The translations under genes were made by a program, and so were the position numbers. A stretch of 45,116 bases of DNA, taken from NCBI GenBank assembly GCA_030037595.1, contig JASHQJ010000084.1, positions 1-45,116 of the forward strand, in the 5' to 3' direction. The stretch comes from Candidatus Binataceae bacterium. Lineage in GTDB: Bacteria; Desulfobacterota; Binatia; Binatales; Binataceae. Position 1 is the first letter of the stretch. Each line of letters begins with the position of its first letter. The notes under the pieces were generated by a model. That model was given only the letters and a program-made list of their open reading frames with translations. It was not told the origin of the DNA and made no database searches. Positions 35,701 to 45,116 of the stretch are shown here, piece after piece.

Positions 35701-36328
35701 GAGCACGATTCTTCCGCAACTCACGCTCGCGGTCCCGCTCGGGAATGGCGACGGCGGCGAGACTGTCCGCAACGTTATCCTGCACGGCTCGCTCGGCATG
35801 TTTTCACCCGCGCACGAGCGGTCGTTCAACGGAATCGTCCGCGAAGAATCGAAGCCGCGCGACTTCGTGGCGATGTTCCTAGGAGCGATCGTGCTTGCCG
35901 CGGCTGAGGAGCCGATGCCGCGCGTATTCGACGCGATCGTCCTGCCCGGTCCGAAGGCCGACAAGCCCTCGACCAGGCATTTCAGTCCGCCGGGCGCGGC
36001 AGCCGCGCGCGCTTACCTTTCTGCGCTCATCAGCGATCTGTTGACCGACGACAGTTTCTATTTCTTCCCGATCGAGGCCGCCGCCAAGACGTTCGAGGAG
36101 ATGAACAAGTCGCCCGCGCTGCGCGACATCCAGCAGGCGCTGGATAGCCTTCGCGAGCAAATGCCACCGACCTGCGCGTCGGACTACGGCCCGGTACGCA
36201 ACGCGCGGCGATTCTATCCGCCGAGCGACGAACGCATCGCGGAGCTCTGGAAGCGTCGCTACGAACTTATCGCTTCGATATTCGATAACGGGAAAAAGAC
36301 GAAAGGCCGTGAGCGAGCACGTCTATAG
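32729..36328 (+). CDS. recC: exodeoxyribonuclease V gamma subunit
   Basis: 1199 aa. The N-terminus MIRLHYSNRLDSLIDPLARAV...IVVPNRATEQFVKFELAQHLGIAANLRFPF parallels E. coli RecC (YHSNRLD...GIAAN..FP). It is followed by recB and recD. Confidence 0.85.
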   Translation: MIRLHYSNRLDSLIDPLARAVIDAQQGDALTPVDIVVPNRATEQFVKFELAQHLGIAANLRFPFLRAFLGRIVGQSDARLRVLEADTLQGVIFEALRRASGHAVSDLAPALDYIGGGVRPADRESRALQLSARVAALFREYSISRRPMIDAWQRDRAYAVGTFARAERWQRALWRMIFDEHRCVRSEFQGNGAHRWMLLPDTMAAIDGDSLRRALRGPLHIFGLAYVGTAFAEIFNRLGQIVDVRIYAINPCMEFWEDLDTSRRSDRTRWPRRGEKLGGALLDSDDPFGLLNTEDTRALQYWGRPGREYIRLLNELTECEFEPHFVEPGSEQNSALLQRLQRDILFRIPTLEPVAEGHGAEDDRSIRFLACPSIRREVEIVANAIWSMIRSDAVEHRPLRFHEIAISMPTAVSTAYLPHIEAVFAELHDLPIDIIARGSAESRIAEAFELLLDLPLGRFTREQMLRLLTHPAIGGGDGELKSERWSAWAHILGVYLGADDDDLGNTYIRGLYHWDQALKRLALGIFMDGAQGDDVRMFQSADSEAYLPLELAEDDLDGAARMMRLARGMIDDARRMQTARLSPKDWSRLLIELISTYIPAGAADDERVRERFLEAIESVAQEDFSAGPIGYEALREMVRARIGELDAMQGRLSRQGIAIAPLSAIQSIPFKVIFAIGLDEGIFPEHEPNDQLDLRGARRLAGDVSPADRDRFGFLQLLLAARERLFLSYVARDGQTGDPLEPSSVIRELQSVLRGYLDEKTLKELTIHHRVSRYDPKYFPALAGQPETPLSRESESFDPDARRGARVAALRSDLESHLRGAPLPRRSEDLIGTFSPEIQANLRRQLRVVERPEVKGSGVRDDREIRVMVAALRHYLECPLQGAARYALGMENEEYEEPAEDEPLELSRLDQTILLRDVFRKGCAEAEKMRAAYEHAFRIAQMKGQAPAGSFGDAAAKRDETRLLHWCKLLGESINGWEEIRLGPADEFSAPSTILPQLTLAVPLGNGDGGETVRNVILHGSLGMFSPAHERSFNGIVREESKPRDFVAMFLGAIVLAAAEEPMPRVFDAIVLPGPKADKPSTRHFSPPGAAAARAYLSALISDLLTDDSFYFFPIEAAAKTFEEMNKSPALRDIQQALDSLREQMPPTCASDYGPVRNARRFYPPSDERIAELWKRRYELIASIFDNGKKTKGRERARL

Positions 36329-39300
36329 TCGGCCCGCGATCCTGGAGCGGATCCCGATCGGCCGCGACGTGCTGATCGAAGCCAGCGCCGGTACGGGCAA
36401 GACCTTCACCATCGAGCAGCTCATCGTCCGCCTGCTGATCGAAACAGACACGACCATCGATAGGATCCTGGTCGTCACGTTCACTGAAAAGGCAACCGGC
36501 GAGCTGGGGGCGCGAATCCGCGCGACGCTGGAGCGAATTCTTGCTGGGCGCGCGGTCAACTCAGACATCGAGAGCGAACGAATCGTTCTCGATGAGAACC
36601 AGCTCCGGAAAATCGACGCGGCGCTCGGCGCGTTCGACCGCGCACCCATCCATACGATTCACAGCTTCTGCCGCCGCGTCCTGAGCGAGCTCGCCTTCGC
36701 TACCGGCTCCCGCTTCGACCTCGAATTGATCGACTCGCGTAAAGCGTTCCACGACGCGATGCGCACCGCGCTCCGCGAGCGGCTCGCGCGCGACGAAGGT
36801 TACAGCGAATTGCTGCGCCGATGGCTGGTCGATGAAGCGAAAGGTGCCGACGCTTTGGAATCGCTGCTCTACCAGGCACATCAGCATCGTTATCGACCCG
36901 GCCTTGGCACAGGCGAATTACCAGAGGACGACGAAACCAAGCTGGCCCGATCGATCATCGACGAATTTCTTCCGGTCGTTGAAGAACGTCTCGCCGCTCT
37001 CAAGCAGGAGCGCGGTCTGCTCGACTACGGCGACATGCTCGCGCGGCTCGACGCTGCGCTCGGCGGCGACTCGGCGCCGGCGCTGATTGCCGCGTTGCGC
37101 GAGCGATATGCGTGCGCGTTAATCGACGAGTTCCAGGACACCGACGATCTTCAATGGCAGATCTTCTCGCGAATCTTCGTCGCGAGCCTCGGCGCGAATC
37201 CCATTTCCCTGATCGGCGATCCAAAACAGGCAATCTACTCCTTCCGCGGCGCGGATGTGTACGCATATCTCGCCGCGCGCCGCGAGCTCGCGCACTCGGG
37301 TGAGGAACCAATTCCGCTGACGCGCAATTTTCGCGCGACACCGCGGATGGTTGACGCGCTCAACATCCTGCTGGACCAGCGCGCACGGGAGCCATTCTTC
37401 GCGGACGACGGTGTCGGAATCATCTACGACCATCCCGTTACTTGTGGCCAGCCGTCGATGCGCGCGACGGAGAATGGCGGCGACCTGGCGCCGATCAGCG
37501 TGGTACACGCGGCTGCTGACAAGGCGAGCGCGCGAAGTTTGCGCTTCGGACTCGGTACGTTCATCGCGCGCGAGATTCACGCGATCCTGAACGACCCGGC
37601 GCGTGCAATCGAAATATCCAACCCCGATTCCAAGCGACGCTGTGTCCGCGCCAACGATATCTTCGTGCTCACGCGCACGATTCGCGAAGGCGAGGAAATC
37701 GGCGCTCACCTTCGCGCGCACGGCGTGCCCTTTGCCTTCTACAAGCAGGAAGGACTTTTTCAGACGGCCCAGGCTTCCGACATCCTCGATGTCCTCGGAG
37801 CGATCGCCGATCCATCGCGGCGCTCGAATCGCCTGCGTGCGTGGGGCTCGCCGTTTTTCGGCGTGCCGTACCCGGAGCTTCCCGGACTTCTCGACCCCGA
37901 CGCACTGCATGATCTCACCGATCGGCTGATGGAGTGGAAGGCGCTGGCCGACGTCGAGCGATTCGCCGAGCTGTTCGACGCGCTGCTCAACAAAAGCGGT
38001 CTCGCCGATCGCGAACTATTCTTCGCCGGCAGCGAGCGCGAGCTCACCAACTATCAGCAAATGTTCGAGATCCTGCTCGAGGAAGCGGGCGCGCGCCGAT
38101 GCTCGCTCGCACAGCTGGTCGAACTGCTCGACGACTACTTTCACGAGCGCGAGCTTCCTCCGGGCTCGGACCGCAACATCCAGCGCCTCGACAGCGAGCG
38201 CGATGCCGTCCAGGTGATGACTATCCACAAGGCGAAGGGCCTCGAGGCCGACGTCGTATTTCTCTACGGCGGGACGCACAGGGGCAGCAATCCGCAAACC
38301 AAGCTCTGGGTCTATCACGAGAACGGTGAGCGCCGCTTCGTGATTAACAAAATCAACAAGAAAGGCGTCGCCAAAGCCGCGATCGATCGCGAAGAAGCAG
38401 ACGAGGACCGGCGGTTGAGTTATGTCGCAATCACTCGCGCGCGCGCCCGACTGTACTTGCCGTATTTTCCCCCCGAATCGCTGAAGATGAAGGCCAGCGG
38501 CTACTACAAGCATCTGAACCGCCGCCTCGAGGCGCTCGCAGAGTTTCCTATCCGCGAAGAAAGCGGACGCATTCTGATCGATCGTGTCGATTTCAAGCCT
38601 GATGGCGGCGCGAAAGACCTTCCTGTCGAAAGCTCGCAAGAACGAATCGCAAGCTGGCAACCGCGGACCGCGCTGCTCGATGCTTCCCAGGACCTCGTGC
38701 CGGAGCCGCTCATCGCCCGGCTTCGGCGCGAGCATCGCGCTCTCAGGTTCGAGTCTTACACGTCGTTGTCGGCAGGCACCGCCCGCGAAGCGCATACTCT
38801 CGACCCGGAAGACTTCAAGCGCGATGCCGAGGCCGATTCCGAGCCGAGCACGGAGGATCTTCCGGGCGGCGCGAACGTCGGCCTCTTCCTGCACGAAGTA
38901 ATCGAGCAGCTCGATTTGACGACGCTCGGAGTAAGCGTCGATTTTGAGCAGTGGAAGTTGCGCAGCGAGATCGGCGAGCTGTTCGAGCGCGCCATGCGGA
39001 TGCGGCAGGTGACCGACACACGTTGGCTGGCGAGGGCGCAGGAGATCGTTTTCAATACTCTGCGCGCGCCGGTCAACGTGGGCGGCAAGATCATCCGCGG
39101 ACTCGGATCGTGCGCGGCGGCGCGCGAGATGGAATTCGTCTTCCCGATGCCCGAGCGCGGCCATCCAGAATTCGCGGTGAGCGCCGATCAGAGTTGGCGC
39201 GTCGAGCGCGGCTTCGTCACGGGCTTCGTTGACTTCGTCTTTCGTCACGAGGGCGTCACCTATTTCGCTGACTGGAAGAGCGATCTTCTCCATTGGTACG

Positions 39301-39563
39301 AGCCGGACGCGCTCGAGCGTGTCGTGCGCGAGCGCTACGAGATTCAGAAGATCATTTATTCGATCGGCGTGACACGGCTGCTGCAAGTTACCTCGGAGCG
39401 CGATTACAACGAGCGGTTCGGCGGTCTCCTCTACGTGTTCATCCGCGGCGTCGAGCGCGATGGCGCTGGCAATCGCGGTATCTACTTCCATCGGCCGACG
39501 TGGGATGAGCTGCAAGGCTACAGCGCGGTGCTCGAGCGTTCGCTCGGAGGGAAAGGTGCATGA
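36309..39563 (+). CDS. recB: exodeoxyribonuclease V beta subunit (helicase-nuclease)
   Basis: 1084 aa. Motif I is [22 protein letters not shown]. The protein has UvrD-type helicase motifs ([42 protein letters not shown]). The C-terminal PD-(D/E)xK nuclease motif is [21 protein letters not shown]. The GTG start overlaps the recC 3' end by 20 nt. Confidence 0.9.
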   Translation: MSEHVYSRPAILERIPIGRDVLIEASAGTGKTFTIEQLIVRLLIETDTTIDRILVVTFTEKATGELGARIRATLERILAGRAVNSDIESERIVLDENQLRKIDAALGAFDRAPIHTIHSFCRRVLSELAFATGSRFDLELIDSRKAFHDAMRTALRERLARDEGYSELLRRWLVDEAKGADALESLLYQAHQHRYRPGLGTGELPEDDETKLARSIIDEFLPVVEERLAALKQERGLLDYGDMLARLDAALGGDSAPALIAALRERYACALIDEFQDTDDLQWQIFSRIFVASLGANPISLIGDPKQAIYSFRGADVYAYLAARRELAHSGEEPIPLTRNFRATPRMVDALNILLDQRAREPFFADDGVGIIYDHPVTCGQPSMRATENGGDLAPISVVHAAADKASARSLRFGLGTFIAREIHAILNDPARAIEISNPDSKRRCVRANDIFVLTRTIREGEEIGAHLRAHGVPFAFYKQEGLFQTAQASDILDVLGAIADPSRRSNRLRAWGSPFFGVPYPELPGLLDPDALHDLTDRLMEWKALADVERFAELFDALLNKSGLADRELFFAGSERELTNYQQMFEILLEEAGARRCSLAQLVELLDDYFHERELPPGSDRNIQRLDSERDAVQVMTIHKAKGLEADVVFLYGGTHRGSNPQTKLWVYHENGERRFVINKINKKGVAKAAIDREEADEDRRLSYVAITRARARLYLPYFPPESLKMKASGYYKHLNRRLEALAEFPIREESGRILIDRVDFKPDGGAKDLPVESSQERIASWQPRTALLDASQDLVPEPLIARLRREHRALRFESYTSLSAGTAREAHTLDPEDFKRDAEADSEPSTEDLPGGANVGLFLHEVIEQLDLTTLGVSVDFEQWKLRSEIGELFERAMRMRQVTDTRWLARAQEIVFNTLRAPVNVGGKIIRGLGSCAAAREMEFVFPMPERGHPEFAVSADQSWRVERGFVTGFVDFVFRHEGVTYFADWKSDLLHWYEPDALERVVRERYEIQKIIYSIGVTRLLQVTSERDYNERFGGLLYVFIRGVERDGAGNRGIYFHRPTWDELQGYSAVLERSLGGKGA

Positions 39564-41578
39564 CGAGACCCGCGCAAGCGCTCGCAACGATGTCCGCGTG
39601 GCGAAACTTCGAGTGCCGTGCGGGCCTCGGCGATGAGCGCGCGGAAAAGTGGCTCGCCTTCGCGTGGTTTGCGGAAGCGCTGAATCTCACGCGCGACTCG
39701 ATTCAAATCGCCGCGGAGATCGCGGCTTTCGAACCCGCTCTGGCAGACACCGATCGCGATGCGCTGATCACACTGGTGCTGATCCTGCTGGCGACGCTCG
39801 CCGAGGGAAGCACTCGGCTGCCCGTCTCCGGCGTTGACGGAGACGCAGCGCTTAGGCGCCTCCTTCAACCGCTCGCGGAGACCTCGTTCGGCGCGGTAGC
39901 TCCACTTCGATTTGCAAGCTCGATACGCGCTCTGCTCGGGGGCGATGCCCCCCGATGCGTGATCGGCTACGACGATGAAGATTACAAACCGCTGCTCCAT
40001 CTTGGTGACTCGGTTTATCTCCGGAAAACCCGCGTCACTGAGCGCACGCTCGCCGGTCGCCTCGCGCTCCTGATGACTGGCGAGCCCTCACCGCTAGTCA
40101 ATGACGCCGAGCTTCGGCGTGTGGCTGCTGAGGTTATCGCGGCGCCGATCAGAACGGCGTCGGGCAGCGTCGAATTTTCCCAGGAACAACGCGCCGCCGT
40201 AGAAGCCTCGGCGCGCTCGCGGCTCACGCTCATCTCGGGCGGTCCCGGCACCGGCAAAACCTCGATCACGATCGCGATTGTCCGACTGATGGCCCGGCTC
40301 GGAATCGATCCGCGCGCGATCGGAATCGCCGCACCCACGGGCAAGGCCGCCAATCGAATCCGCGAATTCCTCGATCTCGCGCTATCCGCCACGAAGGATA
40401 CAATCGACTCCGCGCTCATCGAGTCGCATCTCGAGCCCGTCACTCTTCATCGGATGCTAGGCTACTCGGAAGAGTCGCGCCGATTCCGTTATCATACGAA
40501 GAACCCGCTGGCTTATGACATCGTGATCGTCGACGAAGGTTCGATGCTCGACCTTAGCCTAATGGAGCGGCTCACGGCCGCGATGCGCGATGGATCGCGC
40601 CTCGTTATTCTCGGCGATGCGAACCAGCTTCCGTCGGTGGCGGCGGGTGCGGTGTTCCGCGAGCTGATGTCCCTCGGAACGATTCGCGAACCACGGGGAC
40701 ATCTGCAGTGCGTTCGGCTGGAGCGGAGTTTCAGGACCAGCGCGACCGACGCCGCTGGTCGAGCGATTGTCGCCGCCGCACGGCGGGTCAACGAGGGCGA
40801 CGCGGGCCTGTTCGAGTCGCGCGAGCGCGAAGATGGAATCGCGCGCCGGAAAAAAACGGCGGAACTGAACTTCTATGGCGTGGAGATGCTCGCGTGGTCG
40901 CGCGAGGCAATGAGCGAATTTCTCGACCGCTGGCACGTGGAACGAATCGTCGGCGACGGTGAGATCGCAGCACTTAGACAACGGGTCTATCGCGAGGAAA
41001 ATGGCGCCTTCGCGGCCGACGAGCTCGATTCTCTGCGGCGGCTCTTTGCTTTTAGCAGCGCCTCGCGAATCCTCGCGGTGACGCGCGTGCTCGATTCCGG
41101 CGCGGAGCGAATCAACCAGCTCATGCATCGCCGCACGGTGGGAATCTCTCGAGCGCCTGCTACGCGGCTTGCGGTAGGCGAGCCGATCATCGCGATTCGC
41201 AATGATTACGAACGAGCGCTGTTCAATGGCGACCTGGGAATTGTTCTCCGCGTGCGGCGCGGCAGCGATGCGCCCGCGCTGGTGGGGGTGTTTCCGCGGC
41301 GCGATAATTTTGCCGCCTATCGCCTCGATACAATTCGCGAACAGATCGAACTCGCGTACGCGATGACCGTGCACAAGGCGCAGGGTTCGGAGTTTGATTC
41401 GGTCGCGCTGATTTTGCCTGAAAAGAAAATTCCGCTGCTGACGCGCGAGGTCGTTTACACGGCGCTCAGCCGCGCGCGGTGCTCTGCCGTGATCGTCGGA
41501 ATCGAAGCCGTGCTGATCGAGTCGGTCGGGGAAAAGGTCGAACGCTATTCGGCACTAAGCCGGCTGCTCGCCACCTGA
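39560..41578 (+). CDS. recD: exodeoxyribonuclease V alpha subunit
   Basis: 672 aa. Motifs are LISGGPGTGKTS, VIVDEGSMLDL, LVILGDANQLPSVAAGAVF, YAMTVHKAQGSEFDSVALIL and VVYTALSRAR. The ATG overlaps the recB stop (ATGA). Confidence 0.9.
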   Translation: MTRPAQALATMSAWRNFECRAGLGDERAEKWLAFAWFAEALNLTRDSIQIAAEIAAFEPALADTDRDALITLVLILLATLAEGSTRLPVSGVDGDAALRRLLQPLAETSFGAVAPLRFASSIRALLGGDAPRCVIGYDDEDYKPLLHLGDSVYLRKTRVTERTLAGRLALLMTGEPSPLVNDAELRRVAAEVIAAPIRTASGSVEFSQEQRAAVEASARSRLTLISGGPGTGKTSITIAIVRLMARLGIDPRAIGIAAPTGKAANRIREFLDLALSATKDTIDSALIESHLEPVTLHRMLGYSEESRRFRYHTKNPLAYDIVIVDEGSMLDLSLMERLTAAMRDGSRLVILGDANQLPSVAAGAVFRELMSLGTIREPRGHLQCVRLERSFRTSATDAAGRAIVAAARRVNEGDAGLFESREREDGIARRKKTAELNFYGVEMLAWSREAMSEFLDRWHVERIVGDGEIAALRQRVYREENGAFAADELDSLRRLFAFSSASRILAVTRVLDSGAERINQLMHRRTVGISRAPATRLAVGEPIIAIRNDYERALFNGDLGIVLRVRRGSDAPALVGVFPRRDNFAAYRLDTIREQIELAYAMTVHKAQGSEFDSVALILPEKKIPLLTREVVYTALSRARCSAVIVGIEAVLIESVGEKVERYSALSRLLAT

Positions 41579-41579
41579 C

Positions 41580-42308
41580 TCACAACTTCGGCGTGTTGGC
41601 GAGCAGGAACTCGCGAACTCTCTTCACCGTATCGCGCACCACCTCGGGCGATTTCCATTCCATGATGATTTGCGCGTTGGGCGCGAGCGACGCGATCGCA
41701 TCTGAAGTCTCGCTCGGATGGTATTCGTCATTGCCGCGCAGCACGAGCATCGGCGTTTTGCAGGTCTTCACGAAATCGCGCCCAACCGCGAAGACGAAAT
41801 CACCGCCGTACATCCGCTGTCGAAACGACGCGAAAGCGGCCGCCTCGAGCTCAGGCCGCGTCTTCCTTAGCGCTTCGCCCCAGCCGTCGAACATCTGGAA
41901 AAACAGCTCGCGATTTTTCGGGCCGAGTCCGATCGGCTGCTGCAGCACGGCCGCGGCAACACGCTCGGGCGCGGCCTTGATAATCGAGAGCGAGTACGAT
42001 CCGCCGATGCATCCGCCCATCACGTGCGTCTTTTTGATTCCGAGATGACCGAGCAGCGCAAGATGATCGGCGGTGTACGTTTCCCATCCGTCGCTCGCGC
42101 GCACCGGCGCGGTGGACTTGCCGGCGTTTCGCTGATCCATCGCGATAACGCGAAAGTCGCGCGCGAGCTCGAGCGTCGGATCGAACGGGCTCTTGTGCCA
42201 GAACTCGATACTCGAGCGCATGCCGCCCGGTGCAAACAGCAGGATCGGAAATCCCGAGCCGAACTCCTCGTAGTAAAGAGACACGTGGTCGCGTTTGAAT
42301 GTCGGCAT
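41580..42308 (-). CDS. alpha/beta-fold hydrolase with a Gly-x-Cys-x-Gly nucleophile elbow
   Basis: 242 aa. VSLYYEEFGSGFPILLFAPGG is typical of the abhydrolase family. The nucleophile elbow reads HVMGGCIGGSY, with a Cys codon at 42011-42009 where Ser is usual. Confidence 0.8.
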   Translation of the reverse strand: MPTFKRDHVSLYYEEFGSGFPILLFAPGGMRSSIEFWHKSPFDPTLELARDFRVIAMDQRNAGKSTAPVRASDGWETYTADHLALLGHLGIKKTHVMGGCIGGSYSLSIIKAAPERVAAAVLQQPIGLGPKNRELFFQMFDGWGEALRKTRPELEAAAFASFRQRMYGGDFVFAVGRDFVKTCKTPMLVLRGNDEYHPSETSDAIASLAPNAQIIMEWKSPEVVRDTVKRVREFLLANTPKL

Positions 42309-42365
42309 CGCAGTTTCCTCCGTCTCGATTCGATCATTACGCGCCCGAGCGCGGCGCGATCAACC

Positions 42366-43760
42366 TCAGGCGAAGAGCGGGGGACGCAGATGCGCCCAGG
42401 GCCGCGCGCGCTCGAACGCGGCGGCGAGTGACAATAGTTCGAACTCGCCGTGCGGGCGGCCGACGATCTGAAGTCCGATCGGTAGGCCGCCGTTGCTGAA
42501 GCCCGCCGGGATCGTGACCGCCGGTTGGCCAGTCGCGTTGAACGGATACTCGAACGCGATCCAGGTCCACAACTCGTCGAGGTAGCGCTCGGGCCGCGAG
42601 GGAAATGTCCCGTTCCGCATCGCGGGCCGAGTCATCGTGGGCGTGAGCAGCGCGTCGTAAGGATCGAGCCGCTCGACGATCGCGCGTGCGATGTTGTGCA
42701 TCGCCGCCACCAGGTTCACGTACTCGGCGCCGCTGACCTTGCGACCATGCTCGTACATCTCGAGCACGACCGGATCGACCCACTCCGGATGCGCGACCGG
42801 GATCGCCGCGATTCCGACGCAGATCAAGATGCGCCCGCAATCGACCAGCATCGCACCCGGGTCGAGATCGATCGGCTCGACGCGATGACCCAGCTCGCGC
42901 ATCGTGGCGCACGCGGCCTCGAATGACCTGGCGACATCGGGATCGACCGCGCCGAGCTTCGAGGTAGCGATCGAGGCGATCGAAAGGTTTCTTGGCGTGA
43001 CCGAAACCGACTCGGCGAAGGGACGCTCGGGCGGCGGCGCCCAGTAAGGATCGCCGACGACGGGACCCGCGAGCACGTCGAGCATCATCGCGGCGTCGCG
43101 GACGCTCCGTGCGAGCGGTCCGCGTGTCGCAAACCCGCCCCACGCTTCGCCGCGATGGGGTGAATACGTGAGGCGGCCGCGCGACGGCTTCAATCCGACG
43201 ACGCCGCAATTCGACGCGGGGCCACGAATCGATCCTCCGCCGTCGCTGCCCTCGGCGAGCGGACCGAGACCGGCAGCGACCGCCGCAGCCGCGCCGCCGC
43301 TCGAGCCTCCCGCGTTGTAGTCGAGGTTCCAAGGATTGTGCGCGGTCGGGCAGTGGCCGCCTTCCGTCGTCGGCCGGCCGCCGAACTCCGGCGTCGTGGT
43401 CTTGCCGAGCAGGATTCCACCCGCGCGCGCAAGCCGCGTCGCGATTACCGCTTCATCAGGCGTCCTGTTGTCGGCAAAATTGCGCGAGCCGAGCGTGGTC
43501 GGGATGCCGATCGTCGGCGTGAGATCCTTGAGTGAATAAGCAACGCCGAGTAGCGGAAGGTCCGCGCGATCGCGCACTGTCTCCAGGCGCGTGGCATCGG
43601 CGAGTGCGCGATCCGGTGTAACGATCATGTATGCGCCCAGCTGCGGATTGATGCGCGCGATACGGTCGAGAAAAAACTCCGCGACCTCGCGCGGCCGCAA
43701 TTCACCGCGCACGACCAGTTCGCGCAGTTCCCACGCTTCTATGTACGGATCGATGGACAC
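42366..43760 (-). CDS. amidase (amidase-signature family)
   Basis: 464 aa. The AS signature GGSSGGAAAAVAAGLGPLAEGSDGGGSIRGPAS is present, together with an upstream catalytic Lys context (YSLKDL). The start is GTG, 3 nt after the SDR stop. Confidence 0.9.
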   Translation of the reverse strand: MSIDPYIEAWELRELVVRGELRPREVAEFFLDRIARINPQLGAYMIVTPDRALADATRLETVRDRADLPLLGVAYSLKDLTPTIGIPTTLGSRNFADNRTPDEAVIATRLARAGGILLGKTTTPEFGGRPTTEGGHCPTAHNPWNLDYNAGGSSGGAAAAVAAGLGPLAEGSDGGGSIRGPASNCGVVGLKPSRGRLTYSPHRGEAWGGFATRGPLARSVRDAAMMLDVLAGPVVGDPYWAPPPERPFAESVSVTPRNLSIASIATSKLGAVDPDVARSFEAACATMRELGHRVEPIDLDPGAMLVDCGRILICVGIAAIPVAHPEWVDPVVLEMYEHGRKVSGAEYVNLVAAMHNIARAIVERLDPYDALLTPTMTRPAMRNGTFPSRPERYLDELWTWIAFEYPFNATGQPAVTIPAGFSNGGLPIGLQIVGRPHGEFELLSLAAAFERARPWAHLRPPLFA

Positions 43761-43763
43761 GGC

Positions 43764-44528
43764 TTACTGCGCCGTCAGACCGCCATCGACTGACATCGAC
43801 GTGCCGGTCACGAACGAGGCGGCATCCGAGCAGAGCCATGCGACAGCCTCGCCGATTTCGTCGGGCCGCGCCTTGCGCCCGACGGGTTCGACCTGGTCGA
43901 GCCGCGCCGCGAGCTTGGGCCGCCCGGCGACCATCTCCTCGACGAGCGGCGTGTCAACCACACCGGGGCACACGTCGTTGATGCGAATTCCGGAGCGCGC
44001 GTACTCGAGTGCGGCGCACTTGGTCAGACCGACCACGCCATGTTTGGCCGCCGTGTACGCGGGCATCGAATGCGACGCCACCAGGCCTGCTGCGGATGCG
44101 GTGTTGACGATCGCGCCAGGCGTTCGCTGCGCGACGAACTGGCGAATCTCAGCGCGCATGCAGAGCCACACACCCTTCAGGTTGATCGCGAGGATTCGAT
44201 CGAACTCAGCTTCATCGTAGTCGGCGGTCTTGCACTGCGCGCCGCCGATGCCCGCGTTGTTGAAGGCGCAATCGAGGCGGCCGTATACCTTCACCGCTTC
44301 CTCCACCATTGCCTCGGTATCCGCAGCGCGAGAGACGTCGCAGCGCACGAAGCGCGCCTCGCCGCCGCGATCGCGGATCAGCTTGGCAGTCTCCTCGCCG
44401 CCCTCGGCGCTGACATCAGCGAGGATGAGACACGCGCCCTCGCGCGCGAAGATCAGTGCAGTGGCGCGGCCAATTCCCGACGCCGCTCCAGTAATAATGG
44501 CGCTCTTGCTGCTGAGCAATGAAGCCAT
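43764..44528 (-). CDS. SDR-family oxidoreductase
   Basis: MASLLSSKSAIITGAASGIGRATA (TGxxxGIG), NNAG, and S...YTAAKHG (catalytic YxxxK) are present. The inner ATG at 44528, with GAGG upstream, is preferred over the track start at 44594. Confidence 0.9.
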   Translation of the reverse strand: MASLLSSKSAIITGAASGIGRATALIFAREGACLILADVSAEGGEETAKLIRDRGGEARFVRCDVSRAADTEAMVEEAVKVYGRLDCAFNNAGIGGAQCKTADYDEAEFDRILAINLKGVWLCMRAEIRQFVAQRTPGAIVNTASAAGLVASHSMPAYTAAKHGVVGLTKCAALEYARSGIRINDVCPGVVDTPLVEEMVAGRPKLAARLDQVEPVGRKARPDEIGEAVAWLCSDAASFVTGTSMSVDGGLTAQ

Positions 44529-44720
44529 CTTAAATTCCTCGCTCGACAATCGTTGTTCGCCGCAAGTTTTGCACTGTCGGCTTCGGTTCTCCAAACGCCT
44601 CAGCGGCGTGAAAAGTGAACGCGCGCCGGGTGGCTGTGTGCCGAGTTCTCTGCTACCAATCGGCGAATCAACCAGTCGTCGCGAGCGCGAGCCGCGCTCG
44701 GATTGTGCGGGAGATTAAAG

Positions 44721-45116
44721 ATGCTCAGGAGCGAAGGACGCATATTGACGACTCACGCCGGCAGCCTGCCGCGGCCGGCGCCGCTCACCGCGATGTTCAT
44801 CAAGAAGAGCCGCGGCGAGGTGATCGACGAGACGGCGTTCAACGCGGCCATCGACGAATCGACGCGGCGCGTGATTCGGCTCCAGCTCGAGGCGGGCATC
44901 GACGTCGGCAACAATGGCGAGCAGGCGCGCGAAAGTTTCTTCACCTACGTGCAGCATCGGATGAGCGGCTTTGGCGGCCGCAGCGAACGTCCGATGATGC
45001 GTGACCTGGTCGAGTACCCAAGCTTCACCGCGATGCGCAGGGCGGACTTCCAGCGCGAGATGGTGGACCTGATGCATTCGCCGAAGGCGGTCGGCGAAGT
45101 CCGATATCAAAATCGG
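44721..45116 (+). CDS. cobalamin-independent methionine synthase (MetE C-terminal-like) family protein, N-terminal part (runs off the right edge)
   Basis: From my own translation, ATG 44721 gives MLRSEGRILTTHAGSLPRPAPL...RLQLEAGIDVGNNGEQARESFFTYVQHRMSGFGG.... The frame stays open to the window end. GGGAG lies 8 nt upstream. It is absent from the ORF track because there is no stop in the window. Confidence 0.7.
   Translation, partial: MLRSEGRILTTHAGSLPRPAPLTAMFIKKSRGEVIDETAFNAAIDESTRRVIRLQLEAGIDVGNNGEQARESFFTYVQHRMSGFGGRSERPMMRDLVEYPSFTAMRRADFQREMVDLMHSPKAVGEVRYQNR

Noticed and set aside
38016-39587. 523-aa minus-strand ORF inside recB (similarly 37119..37910 and 40559..41374 inside recB/recD)
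   Set aside because: These are long antisense ORFs expected in GC-rich coding DNA. They have no recognisable domains and are fully covered by recB/recD frames with canonical motifs.
32729-41578. The three large helicase/nuclease genes as a possible novel defence system
   Set aside because: N-terminal and motif-level identity to RecC, RecB and RecD, the canonical recC-recB-recD order and the overlapping junctions indicate the housekeeping RecBCD enzyme.
41576-41582. Convergent recD and hydrolase stop codons only 1 nt apart with no terminator
   Set aside because: This is real in the sequence, but tight convergent gene ends are common in compact genomes. I cannot extract a further signal from it.
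42337-43332. 331-aa same-strand ORF overlapping the amidase gene
   Set aside because: It is an out-of-frame overlap with an extreme Arg content. The amidase frame carries the AS signature.
1-45116. CRISPR arrays, tRNA/rRNA genes, transposases, integrases, long tandem or inverted repeats
   Set aside because: I recognised none while reading both strands. This was visual inspection only, so short or degenerate repeats could have been missed.

Overview
High-GC bacterial chromosomal segment. I recognised no rRNA, tRNA, CRISPR array, transposase or integrase. About 35 genes appear intact.

Gene content, left to right:
- A truncated DUF1302 gene and a secreted beta-propeller-like protein.
- A Fur-family regulator operon: fur, a decayed glpC/hdrD-like CCG gene, and DUF3501. 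It is divergent from an unusually large di-haem cytochrome c peroxidase-like gene.
- thiD-tenA.
- Two small proteins next to a GAF-PAS-PAS sigma-54 activator.
- A co-directional run of acetolactate synthase large subunit (with a Val/Leu/Ile-rich leader peptide and attenuator), KirBac K+ channel and patatin-like lipase.
- A visibly more AT-rich, gene-poor stretch (about 15.9-19.4 kb). It holds a decayed DUF433/DUF5615 toxin-antitoxin operon, an orphan FtsX-type permease, a small lipoprotein and an orphan HicB.
- A MocR-type regulator divergent from GST and an aldo-keto reductase.
- Glycogen phosphorylase, class II aldolase and an MPG DNA glycosylase.
- An aerobic benzoyl-CoA (box) cluster, bclA / boxR-boxC-boxB, without boxA or boxD.
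- A complete recC-recB-recD operon.
- A catabolic group: alpha/beta hydrolase with a Cys nucleophile motif, amidase, SDR, and a MetE-like protein truncated at the right edge.

I did not find a multi-gene system that I can confidently call novel. The observations most worth follow-up are:
- the promoter-embedded palindrome of the Fur-family gene and its possible peroxide regulon;
- the three-frame glpC-like relic coupled to an intact DUF3501 gene;
- the ilv-type leader and attenuator;
- the AT-rich decay island;
- the KirBac-patatin-activator neighbourhood;
- the boxA-less box cluster abutting recCBD.

All family calls come from reading the translated sequences and from memory of conserved motifs. 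No database search was run.
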